NCBI GenBank assembly: GCA_016234805.1
Contig: JACRNU010000055.1
Span: 14,039 to 78,038 of the forward strand
DNA length: 64,000 nt
Direction of reading: 5' to 3'
DNA from: Elusimicrobiota bacterium
GTDB taxonomy: Bacteria; Elusimicrobiota; Elusimicrobia; UBA1565; UBA9628
Part shown: positions 45,666-54,149 of the stretch, in pieces
Layout of the letters: each line of letters starts with the position of its first letter
How positions within the stretch are numbered: position 1 is the first letter of the stretch
Made by a program: the position numbers and the translations under genes
The notes under the pieces: model-generated
Database searches by the model: none
What the model saw: the letters and a program-made list of their open reading frames with translations, nothing else
Told to the model about the DNA's origin: nothing

Positions 45666-46877
45666 ATGTTTCTTGGCCGCTTGCTGCTGCTCGTCGCTGT
45701 CCAGACGCTCTTCGTCGCGCAGGCCCGCGCGGTCTGCCCTTACGGCCCCACGGTGCGCAAGATCGTCTCCTGCAAGGCCTCCGTGTCCACCGCGGACTGC
45801 CGCAAGGTCGCGGAGAAGACGGGCTGCGAGGTCATCCGGGAGCTCGAGCTCATCAATGCCATCGTCATAGACGTGAGCGCCACCCAGGAGAAGTCCGCGG
45901 ACCTCGAACTGGCCGCGGCAGAGGAAGTCAAGATCGTGGAAGCGGACCGCAGGGTCAACTGGCTCAAGGGCCTCGGCGAATTCAAGCTTCCTGATATCAA
46001 GGATATCGTAACGCCCTTCCGGGCCGCGGTCGGGGCCGGGCCCGCGCCCAAGGCCGGGGAGGACCCGGAGCAGCCCTGGGGCATCCAGAGGGTCAACGCC
46101 GCCGGAGCCTGGGCCAAGACCCAGGGGGCGGGGGTGCGGGTCGCGGTCATCGACACCGGCATCGACTACAACCACCCGGACCTCAAGGGCAACGTCTACG
46201 GCGGGGCGAACGTGGTCAATGAAGCCAAGCCCAAGGACTACATGGACGACCAGGGGCACGGCACCCACGTTTCAGGCACCATCGCGGCCCTCAAGGACGG
46301 CAAGGGCGTGGTGGGAGTCGCGCCCAAGGCCAAGCTCTTCGGGGTCAAGGTCCTCGACGCGGAGGGCTCTGGCGACTACTCCACCATCATCGCCGGCATC
46401 CAGTGGGCGGTGAAGAACAAGATGCAGGTCGCGAACATGAGCCTCGGCGCTGAAGAGGGCATGGACGCCTTGCACGAGGCTATCAAGGCAGCGACCTCAG
46501 CCGGGCTGCTCATCGTGGCGGCCGCGGGCAACAACGGAGGAAAGGTCGGCTATCCAGCGGCTTACCCGGAGGTCGTGGCGGTCTCCGCCTCGAATTCGGC
46601 TGACAAGATCACCTCCTTCTCCAGCCGGGGGCCCGAGATCGCCTTCATCGCTCCTGGAGCTAACATCAAATCATCCTTCATGGGAGGAGGCTACGAGAAC
46701 CTGGACGGAACCTCCATGGCCTGCCCCCACGTGGTGGGCTTGGCTGCCCTGGCAGCAGGCCTGGGCCATAAGGGAGAGGCCATCCGTGGGGCCCTGGAGC
46801 GGGCAGCAACCCCGCTTCCTGGCCTGACCGCTACCCAACAGGGCAAGGGCTTCATCAACGCGGCGAAAATAAAATAG
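45666..46877 (+). CDS. Subtilisin (S8) serine peptidase with propeptide
   Basis: VIDTGID, HGTHVSG, AAAGN, GTSMACPH; GAGGAGG RBS. Confidence 0.95.
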   Translation: MFLGRLLLLVAVQTLFVAQARAVCPYGPTVRKIVSCKASVSTADCRKVAEKTGCEVIRELELINAIVIDVSATQEKSADLELAAAEEVKIVEADRRVNWLKGLGEFKLPDIKDIVTPFRAAVGAGPAPKAGEDPEQPWGIQRVNAAGAWAKTQGAGVRVAVIDTGIDYNHPDLKGNVYGGANVVNEAKPKDYMDDQGHGTHVSGTIAALKDGKGVVGVAPKAKLFGVKVLDAEGSGDYSTIIAGIQWAVKNKMQVANMSLGAEEGMDALHEAIKAATSAGLLIVAAAGNNGGKVGYPAAYPEVVAVSASNSADKITSFSSRGPEIAFIAPGANIKSSFMGGGYENLDGTSMACPHVVGLAALAAGLGHKGEAIRGALERAATPLPGLTATQQGKGFINAAKIK

Positions 46878-46957
46878 GTGCCTGGCTTGACCCGGGCGCA
46901 GCCCGGAGGTGCCAGGCTTGCACTGCGGCCTCATGCCTGCGGTCAAGCCTGGCACCT
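46876..46957. repeat. REP-like hairpin cluster (GGTGCCAGGC family)
   Basis: AGGTGCCAGGCTTG (46907-46920) / CAAGCCTGGCACCT (46944-46957), plus a third arm at 46876. Confidence 0.75.
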
Positions 46958-47203
46958 GGACCCAGACCGACACAAGACCAAGTTGTCCACAGACTATCCC
47001 CGTCCATTTCCCGTGGCCTTCCAAATTTCTACACTAATTGGTGCCAGACCTGCCGACCTGGCGTAAACAGGCCATATTAATATTGCTTGGCTTAACCTCG
47101 CCAGATATCATGTTTGTTAACTATTGGTGCCAGACATTGCTAATTGATTTCAATCAATGCACAACTTTCCCCAGGATATGCTATAATCTCATCCACAGAC
47201 CAG

Positions 47204-48190
47204 ATGACTGACACCACCAGCACCTCAAAGCCGTTCGAGAACACGGGTTACTGGGCCGTCATCCTTGGGGGTTCTTCGGGCTTTGGCCTGGCAACAGCCA
47301 AGCGCTTGTCTAGAGCCGGGATGAACATCCTCATCGGCCACAAGGACACGGAAGGCACGGTCGAGACCGTGCTCAAGCCTCACTTTGACGAGATCCGGGC
47401 CCAAGGGGTCAAGCTCGTCACCCACAACACCAACCTTTTCGATGAGGACGGACGGGGTGAGGTGTTCGAAAGCATCGCCCGGAACGCCGGCCCAGGAAAG
47501 GTCCACCTCTTCATGCACTCCATCGCCGCAGGGGCCTGCAAGCTCCTGATCGAGGACAAGGGGCCGGATTTCAAAGGCAAGGCCATGGCCGGGCTTGCGG
47601 ATGCCCTCAAGAAGGAAGGGGTGGCGGTCACCCCTGAAGTCCTCCGGAAGGCCGTGAACGAGGCCTTTCATGGCGGAGGGGCTGATGCCCTGCACACCCT
47701 GGCGGACAGCAGGATCCCCTACCGGGACACATTATTGGAAGAACCCGATCTTCAGCGCACCATCGGGATGATGGGCTACGACTACCTGCTTTGGGGCCGG
47801 GAACTGGCCAAGGAAGGCCTGCTCTCCAGATCCGCCAGGCTCGTGGGCCTCACCTCGGAAGGCAACACCGTGTCGTGGAAAGGCTACGCTGCCGTGTCCG
47901 CTGCCAAGTGCGGGCTCGAAGCCTGCGCCAAGGCCATGGCGGTCGAGCTCGGCCCCCTAGGGGTCCGGTGCTTCATCCTTCAACCCGGCATCACGGACAC
48001 CCCGGCCGGCAATGCCATACCGAATTTCGACTTGATGAAGGCTGAGGCGCGCATCCGCAACCCTTCGCGCCGCCTCACCACCCCGGAGGACGTGGCCGAG
48101 GTCGTGTGCGCCATGTGCCTGCCGGGGTTCGACTGGGTCAACGGCGCCGTCATCCGCGTGGACGGCGGCGAAGCAGTGTCAGGAGGCTGA
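47204..48190 (+). CDS. Enoyl-ACP reductase (FabI/FabL-type SDR) with internal insertion
   Basis: LGGSSGFG, HSIA, YAAVSAAK, RLTTPEDVA, VDGG; TGnTATAAT upstream. Confidence 0.85.
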   Translation: MTDTTSTSKPFENTGYWAVILGGSSGFGLATAKRLSRAGMNILIGHKDTEGTVETVLKPHFDEIRAQGVKLVTHNTNLFDEDGRGEVFESIARNAGPGKVHLFMHSIAAGACKLLIEDKGPDFKGKAMAGLADALKKEGVAVTPEVLRKAVNEAFHGGGADALHTLADSRIPYRDTLLEEPDLQRTIGMMGYDYLLWGRELAKEGLLSRSARLVGLTSEGNTVSWKGYAAVSAAKCGLEACAKAMAVELGPLGVRCFILQPGITDTPAGNAIPNFDLMKAEARIRNPSRRLTTPEDVAEVVCAMCLPGFDWVNGAVIRVDGGEAVSGG

Positions 48191-48196
48191 ACAAGG

Positions 48197-49107
48197 ATGA
48201 AGCTGAACATTCTCGGGATGGGCTGGTATCTGCCGAAGAACGAGATCACCAATGATTTCCTTCATAAGGAAGTCGGCCTCGAAAAGGGGCCGGACTGGGT
48301 GGACTCGCGCCTCGGCATCTACCGCAGGTTCTCCGTCCTGACCAAGGACTACATCCTCAAGACCAAGAACCAGAACCCCGCCCAAGCCATGGCCCACGCC
48401 CGCGCGCACGGGGAGACCCCGGTGACCATGGGCATCAAGGCGGCCAAGGACGCCCTCAAGATGGCCGGCGTCAGCCCGGACAAGGTCGGCATGGTCATGG
48501 CCAACAGCGACACCCCCTTCGACATGGTGCCGGCCACGGCCAACCTCATCGCCAAGGGCCTCGGCGTGCGCAACGGCGCGAACTGCGACGTCAACTGCGC
48601 CTGCTCGAGCTTTGCCAAGCACATGCAGATCCTCTCCGACACCCGCCCCGAACGGGTGCCCGAGTTCGTGCTCTGCGTCCAGACCGCGGCCTACACCGCG
48701 CGCATCGAGTATTCCCCCAACTCCATCGACCCCTACATCTTCGGCGACGGTGCCTGCGCCCAGGTCCTTTCCACCAAGCACCAGGGCAGGCTCACCGTGG
48801 AGCCCATGATTTTCGAGACCAACCCGGACGCGGCGGAGACCATCCTCCTCGATGCCGCCGGCCATGTGAGGCCTTCACCGTGGCCCACCAGGCCAACTAC
48901 GTGATGCAGAACTCCGTGCTCCACCACCTGAACCTGCCCGAGAAAAAGCATCTCCGGAACGTCCATGAGCAGGGCAACATCGCGGCAGCCGGGGCGCCTT
49001 CGGCCATCGCCCAGAACCTCCACCGGTTCAACAAGGGCGACAAGCTCGTTTACGCGGTCCTCGGCGCGGGCCTGGCCTGGGGCGGCGGGTACATGGAGGC
49101 CAACTAG
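48197..49107 (+). pseudogene. fabH: 3-oxoacyl-ACP synthase III split by deletion/frameshift
   Basis: NCACSSF and FGDG in the 48197 frame; HQAN, GN and GAGLAWG in a different frame from ~48871. Confidence 0.8.
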
Positions 49108-49110
49108 GGC

Positions 49111-49833
49111 ATGGACGAGATCGCGGTCGTCACCGGAGCGGGCGGAGGCATCGGCAGCGCGGTCGCGCTCATGATCCACGATAAATCCGAGGGCGCGCTC
49201 AAGCTCGCCCTGTGCGACATCAATAAGAACGCGCTCGCCGAACTCGCGGGCCGCATCCCAGGGTCCTTCCCCGTGGTTTCGGACATCACGACCGAGGCGG
49301 GACGCAAGGCCCTCGTGGACGCGGTCCTGGCCAAGGGCACGCCCTCGGTCCTGGTCAACAACGCGGGCATCGACCGGCCCCACGAGCCCTGCCTCGCCAT
49401 CCTGGAGTCGTCCTACGACACGCTCCTCAACCTCAACCTCAAGGCCCCGGCCTTCCTCATGAGGGCCTTCTGCAAGGAGATGATGGCCGCGGGCGGGGGA
49501 GCCGTGGTCAACATCAGCTCGGTCCTGGCCAAGCACGCCCTGACCGGCTCCGCCCTCTACCGGGTGAGCAAGGCGGGCCTCGAGGCCCTGACGAAGCAGT
49601 TCGCGGCCGAGTTCGGACCCCGGGGCGTGCGGGTCAACGCCGTTGCGCCCGGCTTCATCATGACTCCCATGACCGCCAACATCCCGGATGAGACCAAGGA
49701 GAAGATCCGCTCCATGATCGCGCTCGGCGAGTTCGGCACGCCCGAGGCCGTGGCCGAGGCGGTATGGCACCTGGTCGAGAACCAGTACATCAACGGCGTG
49801 GTATTGCCGGTGGATGGAGGAATGGTCCTGTGA
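49111..49833 (+). CDS. fabG: 3-oxoacyl-ACP reductase
   Basis: TGAGGGIG, NNAGI, YRVSK, VAPGFI. Confidence 0.85.
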   Translation: MDEIAVVTGAGGGIGSAVALMIHDKSEGALKLALCDINKNALAELAGRIPGSFPVVSDITTEAGRKALVDAVLAKGTPSVLVNNAGIDRPHEPCLAILESSYDTLLNLNLKAPAFLMRAFCKEMMAAGGGAVVNISSVLAKHALTGSALYRVSKAGLEALTKQFAAEFGPRGVRVNAVAPGFIMTPMTANIPDETKEKIRSMIALGEFGTPEAVAEAVWHLVENQYINGVVLPVDGGMVL

Positions 49834-50315
49834 GCCTCTCCAATGACGAGATCCTGGCCCTGGTCCCCCAGCAGCGGCCCATGCGGTTCATCGACGACAT
49901 CCTCGAGCTCGACGGGGACCACATCGTGGGCTCCTACACCTGGAAGGAGGAGGACTGCGCCGGCCACTTCCCGGGCAACCCCGTGGTCCCGGGAGTCAAG
50001 CTCATCGAGATGGCGGCCCAGGTGGGCAACGTGGCCTGGGGCATCTACCTCATGTCCCTGGAATCCTCGCCCGAGCAGGTCCGCGACATGGTGGGCTTCT
50101 TCACCCGGATCGAGCAGGGGACCTTCAAGCGGGTGGTCCGGCCAGGGGACAAGGTCCGCGCCGAGGCCCAGTTCGGAGACGAGGGCTACTTCCGGTCCAA
50201 CAAGGTGGCCTCCTGCGTGGAGATCCGCTTCGAAGGCGGGCCCAAGGACGGTGAGCTCGCCTTCGAGGGCTTCACCTGCGGGATGTGGGTCCCGCGCGCG
50301 GAGGTCCGTGATTAG
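49830..50315 (+). CDS. fabZ: 3-hydroxyacyl-ACP dehydratase
   Basis: PQQRPMRFID, GHFPGNPVVPGVKLIEMAAQ. Confidence 0.85.
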   Translation: MSLSNDEILALVPQQRPMRFIDDILELDGDHIVGSYTWKEEDCAGHFPGNPVVPGVKLIEMAAQVGNVAWGIYLMSLESSPEQVRDMVGFFTRIEQGTFKRVVRPGDKVRAEAQFGDEGYFRSNKVASCVEIRFEGGPKDGELAFEGFTCGMWVPRAEVRD

Positions 50316-50332
50316 GCCTGGAGCGCGCGCGG

Positions 50333-50383
50333 AGGTGCCAGGTTCGGGCATCAACATGATGCCCCAGTTCGAACTTGGCACCT
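50333..50383. repeat. REP-like hairpin (GGTGCCAG family)
   Basis: AGGTGCCAGGTTCG / CGAACTTGGCACCT arms with an inner GGGCATC/GATGCCC stem. Confidence 0.7.
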
Positions 50384-50396
50384 GGGCACAGCTATC

Positions 50397-51710
50397 ATGA
50401 TGATGAAACGCGTCGTCGTCACCGGCATGGGCGTCGTGGCCGCCAACGGCGTGGGCCTAGCCGCGTTCCGTTCGGCGCTCAAAGCGGGCCGCAGCGGCAT
50501 CAAGCGGCACGAGCACCTCCAGAAGCTCAATTTCTCCTGCCAGATCGGCGGCATCCCGGACCTCACCGAGGAGGACATCCTCAAGGTCCTGCCCGAGCCC
50601 GAGTCGCGCAAGCTCGGCGAGGCCCAGGTCTACACTGCCCTGGCCGCGGTCGAGTGCGCCCGGAGCGCCGGCATCCACGCCGACCTCTACAACGGGTTCA
50701 AGGATTCGGCCGTGGACTGGAACACCGGCGTGATCATGGGCTGCGGCATCGGCGGCATGGACACCATCTTCGAGGAGATGGGCCCGGCCATGGCTTCGGC
50801 CGAGGAAGCCGAGCCCGGCCGGGGACCTGCTGCCATGGGCACGGATGTCGTGCCCAAGATCATGGGGAGCTCGACGAGCGTCGTGATCGGCCGGTTCCTG
50901 GGCCTGGGCAACCTCACGAGCAGCAACAGCTCGGCCTGCAACACCGGCACCGAAGCCGTCTTCGCCGGCTGGAACCATCTTCAGATGGGCTATGCGGACG
51001 CCATGTACGTGGGCGGGGCCGAGGGCTCCCACTACGGCATCTGGGCAGGGTTCGACGCCATGCGCGACGTGCTCTGCTCCAAGTTCAACGAGACCCCGGA
51101 GCGCGGCTCCCAGCCCATGGGAGCGCTCGCCTGCGGGTTCGTGCCAGGCTCGGGCGCCGCGGTCCTGAGGATCGAGACCCTCGAGGCCGCGCAGAAGCGC
51201 GGGGCCCCCATCCTGGCCGAGCTCCTTGCCGCCTACTGCAACTCAGGCGGCCAGCGCGACGGCGGGTCCATGACCTTCCCCAACCCCGAGGGTGTGACCC
51301 GGTGCATCCGCCGGGTCCTCAAGGACGCCGCAGTCGAGCCCTCGGCCATCAGCCTCATCAACGGACACCTGACCTCCACGGGCGCCGACCCTCAGGAGGT
51401 CTCGAGCTGGATGAGCGCGCTCGAACTTGCGCCGGAGAAGTTCCCCCTCATCCAGTCCACGAAGTCCATGATCGGCCACGGCCTGGGCGCGGCCGGGGCC
51501 CTGGAGTCCGTGGCCGTGGTGGACCAGCTCGGCCAGGGCTACGTCCACCCCTCCATCAACTGCGAGGAGACCCACCCGCGCATCAAGGCAATCGAGCGGA
51601 GCATCCCGCGCTCTTGCATGCAGAAGCGCCTCGACCTGGCCATCAAGGCGTCCTTCGGATTTGGAGACGTGAATGGCTGTCTGCTGTACAAACGCTGGGA
51701 CGGGAGGTAA
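50397..51710 (+). CDS. fabF: Beta-ketoacyl-ACP synthase II-like
   Basis: RVVVTGMG, SSACNTG, INGHLTST, IGHGLGAAG, SFGFG. Confidence 0.88.
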   Translation: MMMKRVVVTGMGVVAANGVGLAAFRSALKAGRSGIKRHEHLQKLNFSCQIGGIPDLTEEDILKVLPEPESRKLGEAQVYTALAAVECARSAGIHADLYNGFKDSAVDWNTGVIMGCGIGGMDTIFEEMGPAMASAEEAEPGRGPAAMGTDVVPKIMGSSTSVVIGRFLGLGNLTSSNSSACNTGTEAVFAGWNHLQMGYADAMYVGGAEGSHYGIWAGFDAMRDVLCSKFNETPERGSQPMGALACGFVPGSGAAVLRIETLEAAQKRGAPILAELLAAYCNSGGQRDGGSMTFPNPEGVTRCIRRVLKDAAVEPSAISLINGHLTSTGADPQEVSSWMSALELAPEKFPLIQSTKSMIGHGLGAAGALESVAVVDQLGQGYVHPSINCEETHPRIKAIERSIPRSCMQKRLDLAIKASFGFGDVNGCLLYKRWDGR

Positions 51711-51719
51711 TTGTAAACA

Positions 51720-52667
51720 ATGGCATTCAAGCGCAAGGAAACGACGGTCGAAGCCGTGGACCTCAGCACGATCACGCCCGAGGACGCGCAGACGCGGATC
51801 ATCGCCGGGGTCAAGAAGTACGCCACCAATGAGGCCAACTGGTCCAAGGCCGACCGCAACACGCCCTACCTGGGCCACATCACCGGGATGGGCATCGAGT
51901 CCGCGAACCTGGCCGACATCACCATGTCCATCGAGCGCCAGTTCCTGACCAAGAAGACCAAGAAGGTCCCGGTCGCCCTAAAGGGCTCTCCTTCGGGTGG
52001 GGGCTCCGAGACCGAGTTCACGCTGGAAGACGGCGACCTCGGCAAGCTCCGCATCCTCGAGGGCCAGGACTCCGTCATGGCCACCCCGGGCCTGACCATC
52101 CAGAAGCTCATGGAGCTCGGCCACCTGCCGACGAACGCCTCCTACCTCGACGGCACGGCTTCCTTCGCCACGATCGTCTCCGTGGGAGCGGGCCACCGCC
52201 TCACGGACGCCCTGCGCAAGACGGCCCTCCGCATGGAGAAGTCCCAGCCCGCGGAGAAGACCGAGGCGCGCGCGAACCTCGAGTCCCTCATCAAGCAGGC
52301 GCGGGACTTCGAGACCCTGCTCGGCGACCCGGCGGCCCTGGCCGCGTCCAAGCAAGGTGACTTCCAGACGGACAAGAACTCGCTGGAAGCCCTGACCCAC
52401 GAGCTCTCCATCGTCAACGAGAAGCTCAAGGGCGTCACCTCGAGCGACGACCCCTCCCGCTCGACGAGCCTGCGCGCGGAAGAGTCGCAGATCCGCACCC
52501 GGATCAGGATGATGCGCCAGAAACTGACGGTCTCGGAAGAGACCGCCCGCGGCGCCGGGGTCCGAAAGTCCGTGGACACGGCGAAGTTCCAGGAGGTCCG
52601 AGCTCTGCTCGCGGAGACCATCAAGCTCGCCGTAGAGGCGCTGGCCCAGGTCCCTGCCGGCTGCTGA
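51720..52667 (+). CDS. Divergent acyl carrier protein-like domain fused to a coiled-coil tail
   Basis: GMGIESANLADITMSIERQF resembles ACP helix II (Ppant Ser); located between fabF and the PPTase; heptad-rich C-terminal half. Confidence 0.55.
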   Translation: MAFKRKETTVEAVDLSTITPEDAQTRIIAGVKKYATNEANWSKADRNTPYLGHITGMGIESANLADITMSIERQFLTKKTKKVPVALKGSPSGGGSETEFTLEDGDLGKLRILEGQDSVMATPGLTIQKLMELGHLPTNASYLDGTASFATIVSVGAGHRLTDALRKTALRMEKSQPAEKTEARANLESLIKQARDFETLLGDPAALAASKQGDFQTDKNSLEALTHELSIVNEKLKGVTSSDDPSRSTSLRAEESQIRTRIRMMRQKLTVSEETARGAGVRKSVDTAKFQEVRALLAETIKLAVEALAQVPAGC

Positions 52668-52690
52668 ACGGACGCTGACCAGGTCCGGTC

Positions 52691-52723
52691 CCCGTGGGGG
52701 AGGGCATCCCCCTCCCCCACGGG
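52691..52723. repeat. Perfect 14-bp-stem intergenic hairpin
   Basis: CCCGTGGGGGAGGG-CATCC-CCCTCCCCCACGGG. Confidence 0.75.
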
Positions 52724-52748
52724 CCGGTTCCCTGCGGCAGCGTCGCCC

Positions 52749-54149
52749 ATGACGCTCACCTCTGCGGACATCCGCAACCTCAGGCTCCAGAGGCTCCTGG
52801 GGGACATCGCCGTCCCCTTCACCCACGTGTTCCTCTCCCTGGCCTCGCGCTATTTCGGGTACCGATTTCGGGACCTCGAAGCCTTCCGCCGCAAGGTCTG
52901 GAAGGCCCTCGACGGGCACGACGGCCCGGTCATATGGGCCGCCAACCACCTGACCCTCTGGGACTCCTTCGTCATCTTCTGGGCGGTCTTCCCCCTCCTC
53001 AGGACCCTGGAGGGCCGGCGCCTTCCCTGGAACACCCCTGAGCACACCAACTACTACAGGAACGGCGGGTGGTTCAAGTGCCGCGTCATCCGGGTCTTCA
53101 TGTACCTCTGCCGCTGCATCCCCTTCCTGCGCGGGGGCGAGGACGAGTTCTCGGTCCAGTGGCGGCAGATCGCCTTTGAGAAGTGCGTCTGGGTCCTCTC
53201 CGAGGGAGGCACTGTCTTCGTCTTCCCAGAAGCCACCCGCGCCCGCAACGGCTGGTTCGAGGCTGACAAGCCCAAGGACTTTCTCGGCAGCCTGTGTGTT
53301 CGCGTTCCGCGTGCCAAGGTCCTTTGCCTCTACCTGAGAGGCGAGGGCCAGGCAGGCACCACCTCCTACCCGGCTTGGGGCGAGACCTTCCGCATGGACG
53401 CCGAGCTCTGGGACCCTGCCACGGGCCCGGCCAGCACGGCCCGGTCCATCGCGGCCGGCCTCTTCACCCGCGTCGGAGCCCTGCAGGAAGCCTGGTTCAG
53501 CGCAAGCACCCTGCTCAAGAACTGCTCCGGCAACGACATCGTGGACCTCAAGGGTCACCTGCTCCGCGAGCACTTCAGCGACGACCTTCTGGACATCGAC
53601 CCGGAGTGGGCAGGCCGCCTGCTCACCTCGAAAGAGCTCGAGTACCTCGGAGCCCGACCCGCGGCCGAGCTCTTTTCGACCTTCTGGCGCTTCCACGCTG
53701 CCAAGGAAGCGGCCTCCAAAGCCCTGGCCCAGGCCGGGGTCAAGGTCCTGCCCGGAGGGTTCTCCACTATCGAGGTGGACCTCTTCCAGAACCGGGCCCG
53801 GCACCTGCCCACCCTGCTGGAGTGCCGCCTGCGCTTCACCGACGACGACGCGGACAAGATCCACTGCGTCGCGGTCCTCCGCGGGGGCCGCATCGGAGAC
53901 GACTCCGAGCCGGGCGACGTGCTCTGGAAGGTCGCCGAGGTCCCGCCGGGCGAGTCCGGCTCAGGGTTCTGCCGCGACCTAGCCCTGGACCTCATCGCCG
54001 AGTCCTCCGACGACATCTCCCCGGCCTCCCTCTCCTTCACCGAGATCGACGACATCCCGCGCGTGATGCGCGCAGGCAAGCCCCAGGACTGGGGCGTGTC
54101 CATCTCGCACGCGGGAAGGTATGTTGCGTGCAGCTTCATGGTGTCATGA
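52749..54149 (+). CDS. PlsC-like acyltransferase fused to 4'-phosphopantetheinyl transferase
   Basis: ANHLTLWDS and FPEATR (LPLAT); GNDIVD, FWRFHAAKEAASKA, SISHAG (PPTase). Confidence 0.85.
   Translation: MTLTSADIRNLRLQRLLGDIAVPFTHVFLSLASRYFGYRFRDLEAFRRKVWKALDGHDGPVIWAANHLTLWDSFVIFWAVFPLLRTLEGRRLPWNTPEHTNYYRNGGWFKCRVIRVFMYLCRCIPFLRGGEDEFSVQWRQIAFEKCVWVLSEGGTVFVFPEATRARNGWFEADKPKDFLGSLCVRVPRAKVLCLYLRGEGQAGTTSYPAWGETFRMDAELWDPATGPASTARSIAAGLFTRVGALQEAWFSASTLLKNCSGNDIVDLKGHLLREHFSDDLLDIDPEWAGRLLTSKELEYLGARPAAELFSTFWRFHAAKEAASKALAQAGVKVLPGGFSTIEVDLFQNRARHLPTLLECRLRFTDDDADKIHCVAVLRGGRIGDDSEPGDVLWKVAEVPPGESGSGFCRDLALDLIAESSDDISPASLSFTEIDDIPRVMRAGKPQDWGVSISHAGRYVACSFMVS

Noticed and set aside
48850-48904. 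Programmed ribosomal frameshift in fabH
   Set aside because: No slippery heptamer is visible, and conserved sequence appears missing, so a shift alone would not restore the protein
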